Source: Octopus sinensis | Lineage: Eukaryota | DNA: 64,000 nucleotides | Direction: 5' to 3' | Assembly (NCBI RefSeq): GCF_006345805.1 | Contig: NC_042997.1 | Coordinates: 110,050,001-110,114,000, forward strand | In this document: positions 50,693-62,584 of the stretch, piece by piece | Numbering within the stretch: the first letter of the stretch is position 1 | Layout: every line of letters begins with the position of its first letter | Program-made: the position numbers and the translations under genes | The notes under the pieces: generated by a model | The model's database searches: none | What the model was told of the DNA's origin: nothing | Seen by the model: the letters and a program-made list of their open reading frames with translations, nothing else

Positions 50693-51158
50693 TTATTCAC
50701 TAAGTCTATCTCGCAACATATTTGTCATGTTCCTACTCAGAGAATTATGTTGACGTCTGGATTTTGTAACCTCTGAGGAATGATGAGGGTGGGTCGAATG
50801 CAGAGCCGATTCCTGATCCTCGACTGGCGATGATCGACACTTTGGTACAAAATGCAGGAAGTTGATAAAATATTCAAAGAACCCAAATACACCGGAATTG
50901 ATTTCCGTCACCTCTTTTGTCATTTCATAATTTTGATGGATATTTTCATGGAATGTCGACTAAATACCTTTGAAGAACTACACCTGGATTCCTACACTCA
51001 CACACACACACACACGAACACACAGACGAACGCACACGCACCCACACTCGCACGCACGCACCCAAACGCACAAATACACCAAGAACCACACACACATAAA
51101 ACACACCTAGAGAGGCGTGCAGCATGAACACACATACTCGTATAAATGCTTAGACATC

Positions 51159-51191
<33 letters not shown>

Positions 51192-51302
51192 TGGCCTGCT
51201 CGCTTAGCCAGTGGGGTGGCGTCATTCAAAGGCTAAAACAATGCGAACGCATTGTGACCAGCGATGTGTAACAACATCTGATGGTCTGGTCGGTCACGGG
51301 AT

Positions 51303-51352
<50 letters not shown>

Positions 51353-51493
51353 GACCTCGAACCCACAAGTGTGAACAAGAGAGGCAGAGCAAGGCAGAAA
51401 CAAGGAAATGCCACTTATATTTGAACACTATACAAATATTCCTTTAAAAAAACATTTCTTTTAATTTTTCTAAATTTAATTATTTAATCGTTA

Positions 51494-51531
51494 CAGTTGA
51501 AAAGGTCTCAAAATGACTGAAACCGGTACTG
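51494..51531 (+). ncRNA. Degenerate minimal hammerhead remnant
   Basis: CAG-TTGAAAA-GGTC tcaaaat GACT-GAAA-CCGG-TA-CTG. Confidence 0.55.
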
Positions 51532-51576
51532 AAATGTTCTTTATAAAATTATTTTAGCATTTTCTATTTTGACTTA

Positions 51577-51646
<70 letters not shown>

Positions 51647-51684
51647 CTAGCTGAAGGTGACCCGCTCTACGCGCGGGTAAGAGT
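51647..51684 (-). mobile_element. Helitron 3' terminus
   Basis: Hairpin ACCCGC/GCGGGT (51660-51678) ~10 nt before CTAG|T, in (TA)n. Confidence 0.65.
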
Positions 51685-51694
51685 GTGGTTGTTA

Positions 51695-52028
51695 CTTTCT
51701 GTTGCTTCCTTTCAGCACGTAAAAAGCACCATCCGAACGTGGCGGATTGCAGCGCCGCCTTGACTGGCTTCTGTGCTGGTGGCACGTAAAAAGCACCAAC
51801 CGATCGTGGCCGCTGCCAGCCCCCCTAGCAGCTGTGCAGGCGGCACGAAAAAAGCACCCACTACGCTCACAGAGTGGTCGGCGTTAGGAAGGGCATCCGC
51901 CTGTCGAAACACTGCCAGATCAGACTGGAGCCTGGTGCAGCCTCCTGGCTTCCGAGACCCCTGTCAAACTGTCCAACCCGTGCTAGCACGGAAAACGGAC
52001 GTTAAACGATGATGATGATGATGATGAT
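51695..52028 (+). mobile_element. SINE family E 3' portion with (GAT)n tail
   Basis: Three GCACG(T/A)AAAAAGCACC units; GGCGTTAGGAAGGGCATCC motif; GGACGTTAAACGATGATGATG tail. Confidence 0.8.
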
Positions 52029-52721
52029 TCTCCCTCTTTGTTTCTTTCTTTCTTCCTCTCTCACTTTCCCACTCTCTTACTCTTCCTTTCTCTCGGACTC
52101 TCCCTGCCTTTCTCTTACTCTCTATCTTTATGTATCTCTCTCCCATTTATAAACAACAAAAGATCTTGAGTAAGTTGAGAAATAAAATATTTAGAAAGAT
52201 CAATCATAATATCAGGCAGTTACAAAGGAAAGGTCTGCTTCAAGACAGACAGCAAAACACTAACATTTAAAAGGGACAGACGAGCTTGCGAGCTGAATAA
52301 AAATAATAAAATATTGGAAACCAAAGTTTGAAGGGATAGAATTTGAGGATAGTAGAGTCACCATGGCTGGCATTTCTTAACGACGGACAGCAACGTATTG
52401 ACAGTTCAACGGCTGGCGTAAAAGTTTGAACTTGATGTAAAAGAAAATCCTTAAAAACCAAGTTTTGACTTGATTCTTTCTCACGACAGTAGACTCACGA
52501 TGGCAAGCATTCAAAACTTCTTCATCATGGACGGCAACACATTGACGATAAAAAGGCTGGAGCAAATCTTTTAGCTTGATGTAACAGAGAATTGCTAAAC
52601 ACCCGCTCCTTTAAATTTTAATCCCCTTCCAGCCCCATTTATACCCCTTTTCACCTTTTGGTTAATATAACCCGATTTAATTTGGGTCTACTGGGGCCAC
52701 ATTTTATAAGATGAGGACACA

Positions 52722-52871
52722 ACCAAGTTTCCCAAGTTCTGGTCATAGACCATAGAACACTCAACCAAGTTTCCCGATTTCTGGTCATAGACCATAGAAC
52801 AGTCAAGCAAGTTTCCCGAGTTCTGGTCATAGACCATAGAACACTAAACTAAGTTTCCCGAGTTCTGGTCA
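52722..52871 (+). repeat. 42-bp minisatellite x3.6 with an internal hairpin
   Basis: ACCAAGTTTCCCGAGTTCTGGTCATAGACCATAGAACACTCA units start at 52722, 52764, 52806, 52848. Confidence 0.95.
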
Positions 52872-53269
52872 TTTGCAGAATAAATAGAGACGGCGGAGGT
52901 GGCAGACGTCGTTGCAATGTAAACATGATTTGTTATAAGAGAAAGATTGCCCAGATTGTGTGTTGGTGGTGTTGGTGGTGGCGATGATAATTATCATTAG
53001 GAAAAAGAGTGAGTGAGTGAGGAAGACATACATAAGTTGTGGCGATGATAATTGTAGACCCCTTTTCACATTTTGATGAAGAGAACCCGATTTCATTCGG
53101 GTGTACTGGGGCTACATATAGGTGTGTGCGTGTGTTGTGGTGGTGTGTTGTGTGTGTGTGCACGCTGTAGAATTAAATTAGAGATAGAGATAAAACCACT
53201 AATAGGGAAATGAAACAGTTAAAACACCAAAAAGAAAAACAAAAAGAAAAGTATAATATTAGATATATG

Positions 53270-53348
<79 letters not shown>

Positions 53349-53784
53349 GACAGGTAGACAATAGAATGCGATGGCGATGGGGATGGCGAGTAATATTTGT
53401 TACTGTCCATGAACGCTGATAGATACATGAGTAAAATGTATAGGAAGGTAAGAGATAGAGTGAGTGAAAATGTTCTTGGAAGAGAGTAAATAGCTACAGA
53501 GTGATTTGATGAAGACTTTACATTAAATAACGGTAGTTGCATTGTCAAATGAAGAGCAGTGACAGAGTACTGGAGGAAATAGGGTGAGGTAGGAAGATGG
53601 CCCCTAGCAACCACACCTTTTAAGATAGGGATTTCTAAGGTAGCCCACGCGCATCGTCACCTCATTCTACATGTCCCTGTAAATTTTGGAGCGAATCGGA
53701 CGGGATGTAGTGGCATTGAAAACGAACCAAGCGGTAAAAACGCATTTCAGTTTTATATATAGAAGATATATATATATATATATA

Positions 53785-54167
53785 TCTATATAAATAAACG
53801 GCAGTTTGTCTGTGCGTTTTTTGTGTGTCTGTTTTCTCGTACCCTCACTCTGACCACGGCTTTCAACCGATTCTGATGATGAAACTTGACACACACATAG
53901 CCCAATGTCATAATTCAAAACTAACGCAGCAAAAATTTTGAAAAGTTCCCCCAGTTCTGAAAAAATCGATAAATTCGACATGGGGTCGAGAATCAGAAAC
54001 CCAAACCACAGACCGTTTAGGGGACGCAACTCCACCTTTTTTAACTCTCAAAAAAATTTACCATCATTATTTTTCCATTTTTTTGCTATTTTTTGGCTAT
54101 AACTCTCTAAAAATGCTTTATACTTATTTCCCTTACAAACCTGAGCAACGCCGGGCGATACTGCTAG
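53785..54167 (+). mobile_element. Non-autonomous Helitron (383 bp)
   Basis: A|TCTATATAAATAAACGG 5' end; 3' CCTGAGCAACGCCGGGCGATACTG-CTAG|T; A/T insertion site inside (TA)n, no TSD. Confidence 0.88.
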
Positions 54168-54199
<32 letters not shown>

Positions 54200-54550
54200 A
54201 TGTATGTATGTATGTATTCATAGATCTGTAAATTATATGAACACGTGTTTCTGTTTTTATGGCCATGCATTCTCTTTGATTCCTTCCGGATAAAAAATGT
54301 GAAAATAGTTTAGCAAACTTAGACTATGGACTTAAAAGTTGCTAGCAATGCCTTCCTTTGAAACATTAGCGACTTACAAATATATTATAACCACACAATT
54401 TCTTGATATCTTCAACCATGTATCAAAAATAATGATATGAATCAAAGAACACGTCTCGAATTGGTGTCGCCTTACAAGAAATAACAGCCAAATCTTTCGC
54501 AAAGTACTTCTAACTTCCGAGAGATGAAGATGATACATTGGATACACCAT

Positions 54551-54689
54551 ACTCTCATTTATGTATGTATGTATGTATGCATGTATGTATGTATGTATGT
54601 ATGTATGTATGTATGTATGTATGTATGTATATATGTATGTATTTATGCATGTATGTATATACATATATGTATGTATGTATGTATGTATG

Positions 54690-54757
<68 letters not shown>

Positions 54758-54770
54758 AATCTATCTATCT
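54551..54770. repeat. (TATG)n + (TCTA)n microsatellite
   Basis: Directly visible. Confidence 0.95.
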
Positions 54771-54807
54771 TTGTCTGTCTGTCTCTCTCTCTCTGTCCAT
54801 ATATATA

Positions 54808-54965
54808 TACGACGAACTTCTTTCAGTTTCCGCCTACCAATCCATTCACAACGTTTTGGTGGGACCGAGGTGATAGTAGAAGACACTTGCTCAAGGTGCC
54901 ACGCAGTGGGACTGAAACGGGTTGGGAAGCGAAGCCAGCTTCTGACTACCCAGCCTCTCATGTGC
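54808..54965 (-). mobile_element. SINE family A 5' half
   Basis: GATAGTAGAAGACACTTGCTCAAGGTGCCACGCAGTGGGACTGAA. Confidence 0.82.
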
Positions 54966-55039
54966 CTAATATATATATATGAATATACACACATAATTAT
55001 GTGGTTCAAAATTACACAAAAAGCAAAAGACAAAAGATA

Positions 55040-55200
55040 TAGACAGGTGGGGGAACAATAAACGAGCTCTATTAGTTTGACGCTCAAGAGAAATGGAAGA
55101 AATCTTTGACGTTTCGAACTTATGCTTTTCTACAGAAACGGATGGAGAAAGGAAAAGTGGAGAGAGACAAGAAACGCGTCTGGATTAACGGTTACACAGG
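55040..55200 (-). mobile_element. H1-related Penelope-LTR-like fragment with a degenerate hammerhead at 55103-55138
   Basis: Reverse complement TTT-CTGTAGAA-AAGC ataa GTTC-GAAAC-GTC-AAAGA..CTTGAGCGTC. Confidence 0.65.
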
Positions 55201-55302
55201 CCGCGCGCGCACGCACGCACGGTCACACGCACACATACACGTATGTATGTATGTATATATATATATATATATATACATATATATAATATATATAGAGAAG
55301 AG

Positions 55303-55352
<50 letters not shown>

Positions 55353-55371
55353 GACAGAGAGACAGATAGAG

Positions 55372-55600
55372 AGATTCAGATGAATATGGTACTTAAGTTG
55401 AGGCTCCAGAATTTATCCATACAATTTCAAAGTAAGGTGATTAAAATCAAAATAAGCAACAAGGATATCCAGAGATCATGCATTACCTCTGGATATTATT
55501 GTTGCGTATTTTGATTTTAATCACCTTGTTTTGAAATTGTATGGATAATACCATGCTAAATCCTGGTGCCTCAACTTAAGTACCATATTCATCTGAATCT
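55372..55600. mobile_element. Foldback/MITE-like palindrome (~110 bp arms)
   Basis: AGATTCAGATGAATATGGTACTTAAGTTGAGGC...GGATATCCAGAG [loop] CTCTGGATAT...GCCTCAACTTAAGTACCATATTCATCTGAATCT. Confidence 0.9.
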
Positions 55601-55628
55601 AAATTTTTTACTGAACTCATGTACCATA

Positions 55629-55666
<38 letters not shown>

Positions 55667-56687
55667 ATGAATATTTCTACATGGTACATTTCTGGCGAAA
55701 AAGTTCTGGTTTAACAAGAATCAGAACGAACAAGCGTTCGTAAAATAACCTAACAAAATATTAATCGCTGACTGAAAGAAAACAATTTTAGCGTCAGAGT
55801 GAAAAAGGGAATAAAGAAAATTCATTTATACTTTCACGACATTAAAAAATGGATTTCTTTCTGTTTTTGTACGTATTTCAAAAACTTATGGACTAAACTG
55901 GTTTTGAAAGTTCGCGGCACAAATAATAACACACAAGCTCCTCATTTTCTCACCTCTCTTCCCCTCTCTCTCTCTATCTACTCTCTACTCTCTCTGCTCT
56001 CTCAGTGACACACACACACATTCCCTCTCTCACTCTCTCTCTCTCTCTCTCACTCTTTCTCTCTTTGTACATCACTTCAATCAATTTATATACCAGAATC
56101 ACCATATATAGATGTCTAATACATTTTCAGTAGAAGAAAATAATTATTCGGACATTAGATATTCGAAGGTGTATACTATTTATACATTGCTATGAATTTA
56201 CACTCATAACAGCCAGTTTATGATACGGAACGGTTTCATGATGCAGAATCTTCTATTCAACCGTGTCCGATGATTGTTAATTATTTCAACGTCTCCAGAC
56301 TTGGTAGCTTCGTGAACACAATACATTCGGAAACATGAAGTGGCTGTTGTGAAACTAAATTTGTTATGCCATATAAATATGTGGGGGGGGGGAGTGTGTG
56401 TATGTGTGTGTAATTTCAATGCTACGAAAAATAATTATTTCTTGTTCTCGTCTCGAAGCTTCTACATTGTTATGTCTTCAGCAATATAGGTTATTATATA
56501 TGTATATATTTGTGTGTGTGCGTATGTCGTCAGCAATATAGGTGATTAGGGAAATGGTGACCTATCTGGCTGCCATTTCTAGCATTTTCGGTATGTGGTT
56601 TTGAGCAACTTGTTGCAATTAACCCTTTATTATAATTAATGTATATATATATATATATATATTATATAGTATATATATATATATAGC

Positions 56688-56757
<70 letters not shown>

Positions 56758-56834
56758 TAGAGAGATTCAGATGAATATGGTACTTAAGTTGAGGCACCAG
56801 AATTTATCCATACAATTTCAAAGTAAGGTGATAA

Positions 56835-58665
56835 AACAAAACAAAAATATTTATATCGTGGTTTATGTTTTGGTTTTTGTCACTGTTTGAGTTGCATAAT
56901 AGTGCTAATTTATATTTTATATATTTATATAAGAAGCAAACTTCTGGGTGAATGTAGGTAGATCATTTGGGATGAGGCGAAAATGAGCCATAAGGTTTCC
57001 TTTGGAGCTCTTGACATGTCCCTTCAGGATTTGAGACACAACACATGGCTCATGGGAGGTGCCACAGTCTTGCTTCCAGAAAACTTTACACAAACCCTTC
57101 CTGTGGTTCCAAAGGGGACAAGAGCTGATGAAGGAAATGCCAGCATAAAGTCGTCCTTCCAATGGAGCAGAGTGCAAAAGCTAAGACTCACAACCAACAT
57201 GAAAATGCAGCTCAGTGGTGATGATGAACCTTTTCAAAACAACTGTTGGACGTCGGTAATGGCACTTTGGTTGGCGAGAAGGATGGCTGAGTAAACTTGC
57301 CTTTTGGACATATGGTGTCGGATTCAAAGGAACTAATGAATAAGATGTTTCCTAACCTGAGGTATCAGTTTACAGATCACAATTGGTTGAAAAATTGTGC
57401 CATTTAAGCACCAAAGAATGAGACAGTTGATGGTTTGAACATCATACTTTTCGAACAGTTGCCAGGTGAGTCTCACATCTACAATTCCATTGATGCTGTA
57501 CTCAACATCGATGAAGCTGTGAATTATCCAGTTAAATTCTTGAATAGTCTAATATCACCTGGCTTTCAACCTCACAACTTGCACCTCAAGATTGGAACAC
57601 CAGTTATGCTGCTTCAAAACCTATATCCACCAAAGCTTTGCACTAGCACACGACTTATAATAAAGAATTTGATGCAACAGTCTTTGAGACAACAATTTTG
57701 ACTGGTAAAGCAAGCGGTGAGCCTGTATTCATTCCTAGAATTCCACTTATTCCCTCGGATATGCCTTTCCAGTACAAGTGCCTGCAATCCTTGTTGAAAC
57801 TGAGCTTTGCAATGAGCATTAACAAGGCCCAGGGACAGTCTTTTGATGTGGTAGGTCTGAACCTTGCGTAACCAGTTTTCTCCTATGGTCAACATTATGT
57901 AGGGTGCTCAAAAGTCGGCAATGCTAATCATTTGTTTATTTATGCCCCACAAGGAAAGACCAAACATGTTGTTTATCAAGAAGCTCTGCAGATTTAATAA
58001 GATTCACCAAATCATCAGGTATTTATTATTTAACTGTAATATTTGTAACTGTTCTAAATGTATTGATAATCTACATGTTATTTTATTTTTAAATTTATAT
58101 GCAAATTTATTTGTATGTCTACTATAAAAACTAAATGTCAGCCTCTTTCTACATTCATTGTAAATCTATTTCAACACTAACGTTTCTAAGGGTTATATTC
58201 TCTGGGAATGCACAGAGTTATTCACTTTGAATTGTTATTATCTCATATCTGATTATCCTGTTATTACATAACATGCTTTTAGTATTCATATCTTATTGGT
58301 ATTTCCTTATTGATATTAACACGACTTTATGATAAATTCGTTATTGGTATTTCCTCCTAAGTTCTATAAACTCTGGGAACGCATTAAACCCATTTTCGGG
58401 GTTACTTTATTTGAATTCTTACTATCAGATAACTAATTTCAAGTTATTACATAACTGACTTCACAATTTGGTTATTCATAACTGATTGGGAATTCCTAAA
58501 TACAAGAGATCCTGTGTAAGACAGTTTCGTATTCTCTGTGAATGCACAAAAACCGTTTTAAGGGCTACATGCTTTGTATTGTTGTTACTGGATTAGCGAA
58601 ACATTTATGAGAATGGAACCAAGGGATAAGCCCTACTTTCCCGGGAATTACCGGGTACGTCGTAT
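56835..58665 (+). mobile_element. 5'-truncated autonomous-type Helitron remnant
   Basis: Helicase, AT-rich 3' region, terminal hairpin CCCGG-GAATTA-CCGGG (58640-58655); CTAG degenerate; left boundary approximate. Confidence 0.75.
56940..57997 (+). pseudogene. Helitron RepHel Pif1-family helicase C-terminal pseudogene
   Basis: IIWDEAKMSHK (motif II), QTLPVVPKGTRADE, LTTNMK, FLNSL..PHNLHLKIGTPVMLLQNL..KLCTSTRL, FIPRIPLIPSD, FAMSINKAQGQS, GQHYVGCSKV; stops and frameshifts. Confidence 0.93.
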
Positions 58666-58734
58666 ATGTGTGTGTGTCTTTGTGTATGTCTGTTTGTGTG
58701 TGTATGTGTGTGTGTCCATTTCTGTGTATGTGTG

Positions 58735-58919
58735 TATGTGTTTGTTCCCCTCCATCGCTTGACGACCGATGCTGGTGTGTTTATGTTCCCGTAACTTAGC
58801 GGTTTGGCAACATATATCGATAGAATAAGTCCTGGGGTCGATTTGTTCGACTAAAAGCGGTGCTCCAGCATGGTTGCAGTCAAATGACTGAAACACGTAA
58901 AACGATAAAAGAAAAGAAT
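58735..58919 (+). mobile_element. SINE family A 3' half
   Basis: ATCGCTTGACGACCGATGCTGGTGTG..GTCCTGGGGTCGATTTG..CAAATGACTGAAAC. Confidence 0.87.
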
Positions 58920-59518
58920 ATATATATATATATATGTGTGTGTGTGTAATTATGTGCATAATATGTATTGTACACAACAAATTTCTTAAAATATGATGAA
59001 GAATTTTGAAAGGGATTCTTAGATGCCCCCACATATATTTCCATCCTTATGATCAAAGGTACACACACATACATGTTCTCCCGCACGCACGCACACATAC
59101 AGTAATATACATACATATACATATATATGAAGAGAGACAATCTGGCCTCTTTTCTTCTCTTACAACATTGATTCTGAATATTTCATGGTTAGTCAAGGTA
59201 CAGTTTCTTATTTCATCTCTGCAACATCTGTTTTAAATTCCAGTGGCCACCCAACAAGAGCTGGATTAATCATTTGGAAGTAGAAACAGTCAGGATTATG
59301 TCGAAATGAATAGTAATATTGTATGGTCGGGTGGGATGCCGGACGGGGGAGATTGTTATCACCGGTGAGTTTTTAAGTGAAATAAATATTAGAGCCAGCA
59401 GTTACTATGTTTCAATACAAATAGTGAATTGTTTATTGTGTTTGCGAAGGAAGTAGCATGGTGTTTTTCTTTACGACAGATGTATGCATATATAAATGTG
59501 TATAAATATAAATATAGC

Positions 59519-59561
59519 TAGACAGACAGACAGAAAGACAGACAGACAGACAGACAGACAT

Positions 59562-59636
<75 letters not shown>
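59519..59636. repeat. (GACA)n + (GATA)n microsatellite
   Basis: Directly visible. Confidence 0.95.
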
Positions 59637-59637
<1 letters not shown>

Positions 59638-60188
59638 GTAGTTAGGTTGATAGATAGGTAGGTAGATCATTTTTCTAGATAAAAAGATATGGATTCATAT
59701 ATGTATACATATGTATGTATAATTTGCGTTGTATCTATAGTTAGATATACATATATATATATATATATATATATGCACTTTCCTACATCCATTCACGCAC
59801 ACACACATATATATATATGTATGTGTGTATGTATGTATGTATGATTTGCCATGTTTACACACACACACAAATGTACGTCTATATAAGTATATACATATGT
59901 GATTGTGTCTGTGTGTGTGTGTATGTGTGTGTATGTGTATGTGTATGTGTGTGTGTCTGTGTGTGTGTATGTGTATATTTTTGTGTGTATAGTACAAATC
60001 GAAACTTGGATACGTTAAACGGAACTGGCAAAGGAACATAACTTTCTCATCAGCCATGGCGATCAAAACCGGCGTAGTTTCGGCGCGTTTTTAGTCGAAG
60101 AACATTAAATTCCATGACAGTACTTCTGTAGTCGCACCAATGATGGCTGATGTGATGGACGTACAAAGGTTAAATATAAACAATGCGT

Positions 60189-60399
60189 AAAACTTTTGAG
60201 GGCACAAGGCGAGTAGTTTGGGAGTAGAGGTCAAGTCGATTACAGCGATCCCGCTGTTCAACTGGTACGTATTTTATTCATCCGGAAAGGAAGAAAGGTA
60301 ACGTTGATACTGGTGGTATTTGAACCCAGAATGTGAAGTCTGAAAAATGCCACTCTTCCTTTTTTTCCAGTGTGGTAACGATTCTGCCATCTCGCCGTC
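60189..60399 (-). mobile_element. SINE family B-related copy, old
   Basis: Reverse complement GACGGCGAGATGGCAGAATCGTTACCAC..TTCTGGGTTCAAATACC..GTACCAGTTG. Confidence 0.65.
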
Positions 60400-60470
60400 A
60401 TATTATGATAAAATATGAAATATGTATTGAATATAGCACGGACAATTCTGTCACTCATTAAATAATTTTA

Positions 60471-60848
60471 GTGGTTGGGTGGTAAGTGGCTTGCTTACCA
60501 ACCATATGGTTTTGGGTTCAGTCCCACTCAATGGCACTTTCTACTATAGCCTCGGGTCGACCAAAGCCTTGTGAGTGGATTTGGTAGACGAAAACTGAAA
60601 GAAGCCCGTCGTGTATATATATATGTGTGTGTATGTGTGTGTGTGTGTGTTTCACCCAGCATCACTTGACAACCGATGCTGGTATGTTTACGTCCCTTTA
60701 ACTTAGCGGTTCAGCAAAAGACTGATAGAATAAGTACTAGGCTTACAAAGAATAAGTTCTGGGGTCGATTCGTCCGACTAAAGGTGGTGCTCCAGCATGG
60801 CCACAGTCATTTGACTGCGGCCAATAAAAGAATAAAACAATAAAAGAA
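60471..60848 (+). mobile_element. SINE family A, full length
   Basis: GTGGTAAGTGGCTTGCTTACCAACC..GGGTTCAGTCCCAC..TAAAAGAA tail. Confidence 0.92.
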
Positions 60849-60967
60849 TTGATATCGCCGAAACTGTTCCATATCGGGAATCGAGAAGAAATGTCGCACA
60901 TACGTACATACATACATACATACATACATACATACATACATACATACATACATACATACACAAACAT

Positions 60968-61320
60968 GAGAAACTGTGCTTAGTTATGGAAATTAGCTTA
61001 TGTTAACTTAAAGCTGAAGATCAGTGTAAAAGAGAACATCTATGCTGTAGTATTGAGGAATCTACAGCTACTCTATCCAGATTACAAGTTTAGGTTTATA
61101 CCTGTAATTATTAGGGCCCTGTATTATGTAACACACTGCCTGTATACCAGTCTCAAAACCAGAAAGGAGATAGCTAATTCGAAGACTACAATCCATCAGT
61201 GGAACTGTAAAAATCTGTAAAACGTTCCAGAAGTTTATCATTTAGATATAAATGAGCATGTCTAGGTATGTAACTATATACATCAGAATACACACATAAA
61301 GCATACAAATAGGCACATAA
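60968..61320 (+). mobile_element. 5'-truncated R4/Dong-like element (F1) with (TACA)n on both sides
   Basis: LRNLQLLYPDYKFRFIPVII..SGTVKICKTFQKFII* and a 3' UTR homologous to 3622-4020. Confidence 0.9.
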
Positions 61321-61769
61321 TACATACATACATACATATATACATACATACAGCGTCACTTTGCAATTGCCACCGATCAGTATATACAATATTATTTGGC
61401 TAATAACCTCATAAGCTGCATCTAAAGAGAGTCTATCCAGCTACCGGTTACCATATGCCATCATACAACCAGGTTATTCATTGAGCCGAATAAACGTTAC
61501 GGAATTATATTTACTCAGGTTATTATTAGTAAAATGTTATATAATTGTATGAGAAAGGAAACTCAGCAACATAAAGCTGGTCCCACTGTGCAGAAACAAA
61601 TGTAGTAATTTGTAATTAAAGACTGTTTATTCCATCTTCTTATAAGATTCGTACATATTTTTCTTTTTCGCTGATGAAATTATGCTACTTGGGTGCGATC
61701 CTCCCTTCTCGAGGTTAACATATGCTTTAATTAAATTTAAAATGTAACCGCATGTGTATCGTTGGCGAG

Positions 61770-61936
61770 TTTCTTCCTCCGTCTTCCCTTCCTTTGGACC
61801 TTCCTCTACTTCTGAAGAAGAGCAAGGCTCGAAACGTTAAATCCTCTTTTCTTCCTTTCCTGAGCGTCTGACAATACAGTACTTGTACCACGATCTCGCG
61901 TTATTGTCTTTTTCTTGTTTGTTCTTTGTTTGAATA

Positions 61937-61940
<4 letters not shown>
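61770..61940 (+). mobile_element. H1-related Penelope-LTR-like fragment ending in (TA)n
   Basis: Shares GAGC..GCTCGAAACGT and downstream TTCCTGAGCG with H1 copies. Confidence 0.65.
61808..61842 (+). ncRNA. Minimal type-I hammerhead-like motif, core CUGAAGA + extra A
   Basis: ACTT-CTGAAGAA-GAGC aag GCTC-GAAAC-GT-T-AAAT. Confidence 0.65.
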
Positions 61941-61976
<36 letters not shown>

Positions 61977-62372
61977 GTAAATACATACGCACACGCACAC
62001 ACATGTATATGTATATGTGTATGTGCATGTGTGTGTGCGTGTGTGTGTATAAAGATACACAGAACACAGATGGAAAGACAGACAGAGAAAGTTCTCCTTA
62101 CAGCTAGCTAATATAACAATAAACCATCTTGTTCTTTACAATGCCGCTTTTGTTCTTATTAATTGGCAACAATGAAGTAAATAGCGTCACCAGTTAACGA
62201 CGTCACACCAAAGTTAGCGCTGCGACGATAATGATGTCGACGTTCAGACCATTTAAAAGCAACCTAAGTTAAACAACACGAAAAGCATAAAAACCACCAT
62301 TTTGGTTTTTCCTTTTTCTCTTTCGTTGTTGCTATTCTATTGACAAATGGTTTGTGCTTTCTTTCAACTCTC

Positions 62373-62490
62373 CTTCTTCTTCTTCTTCTTCTTCTTCTTC
62401 TTCTTCTTCTTCTTCTTCTTCTTCTTCTTCTTCTTCTTCTTCTTCTTCTTCTTCTTCTTCTTCTTCTTCTTCTTCTTCTTCTTCTTCTTC
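62373..62490. repeat. Pure (CTT)n tract, ~39 units
   Basis: Directly visible. Confidence 0.98.
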
Positions 62491-62584
62491 CTTTTGTCGT
62501 TTTATATCTTATCTTTACACAGTCCACCATTCGGTCGAGTTAATCGTAATTATAAAGACAAAGAGGGGAAAGAGAAAGGTGAAG

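Noticed and set aside
52722-52871. CRISPR-like array
   Set aside because: Units are contiguous with no unique spacers, and the context is eukaryotic without cas genes; treated as a minisatellite
60030-60095. Type-II hammerhead arrangement on the minus strand (GAAAC..GTT..CTGATGAG)
   Set aside because: Stems I and II do not pair convincingly
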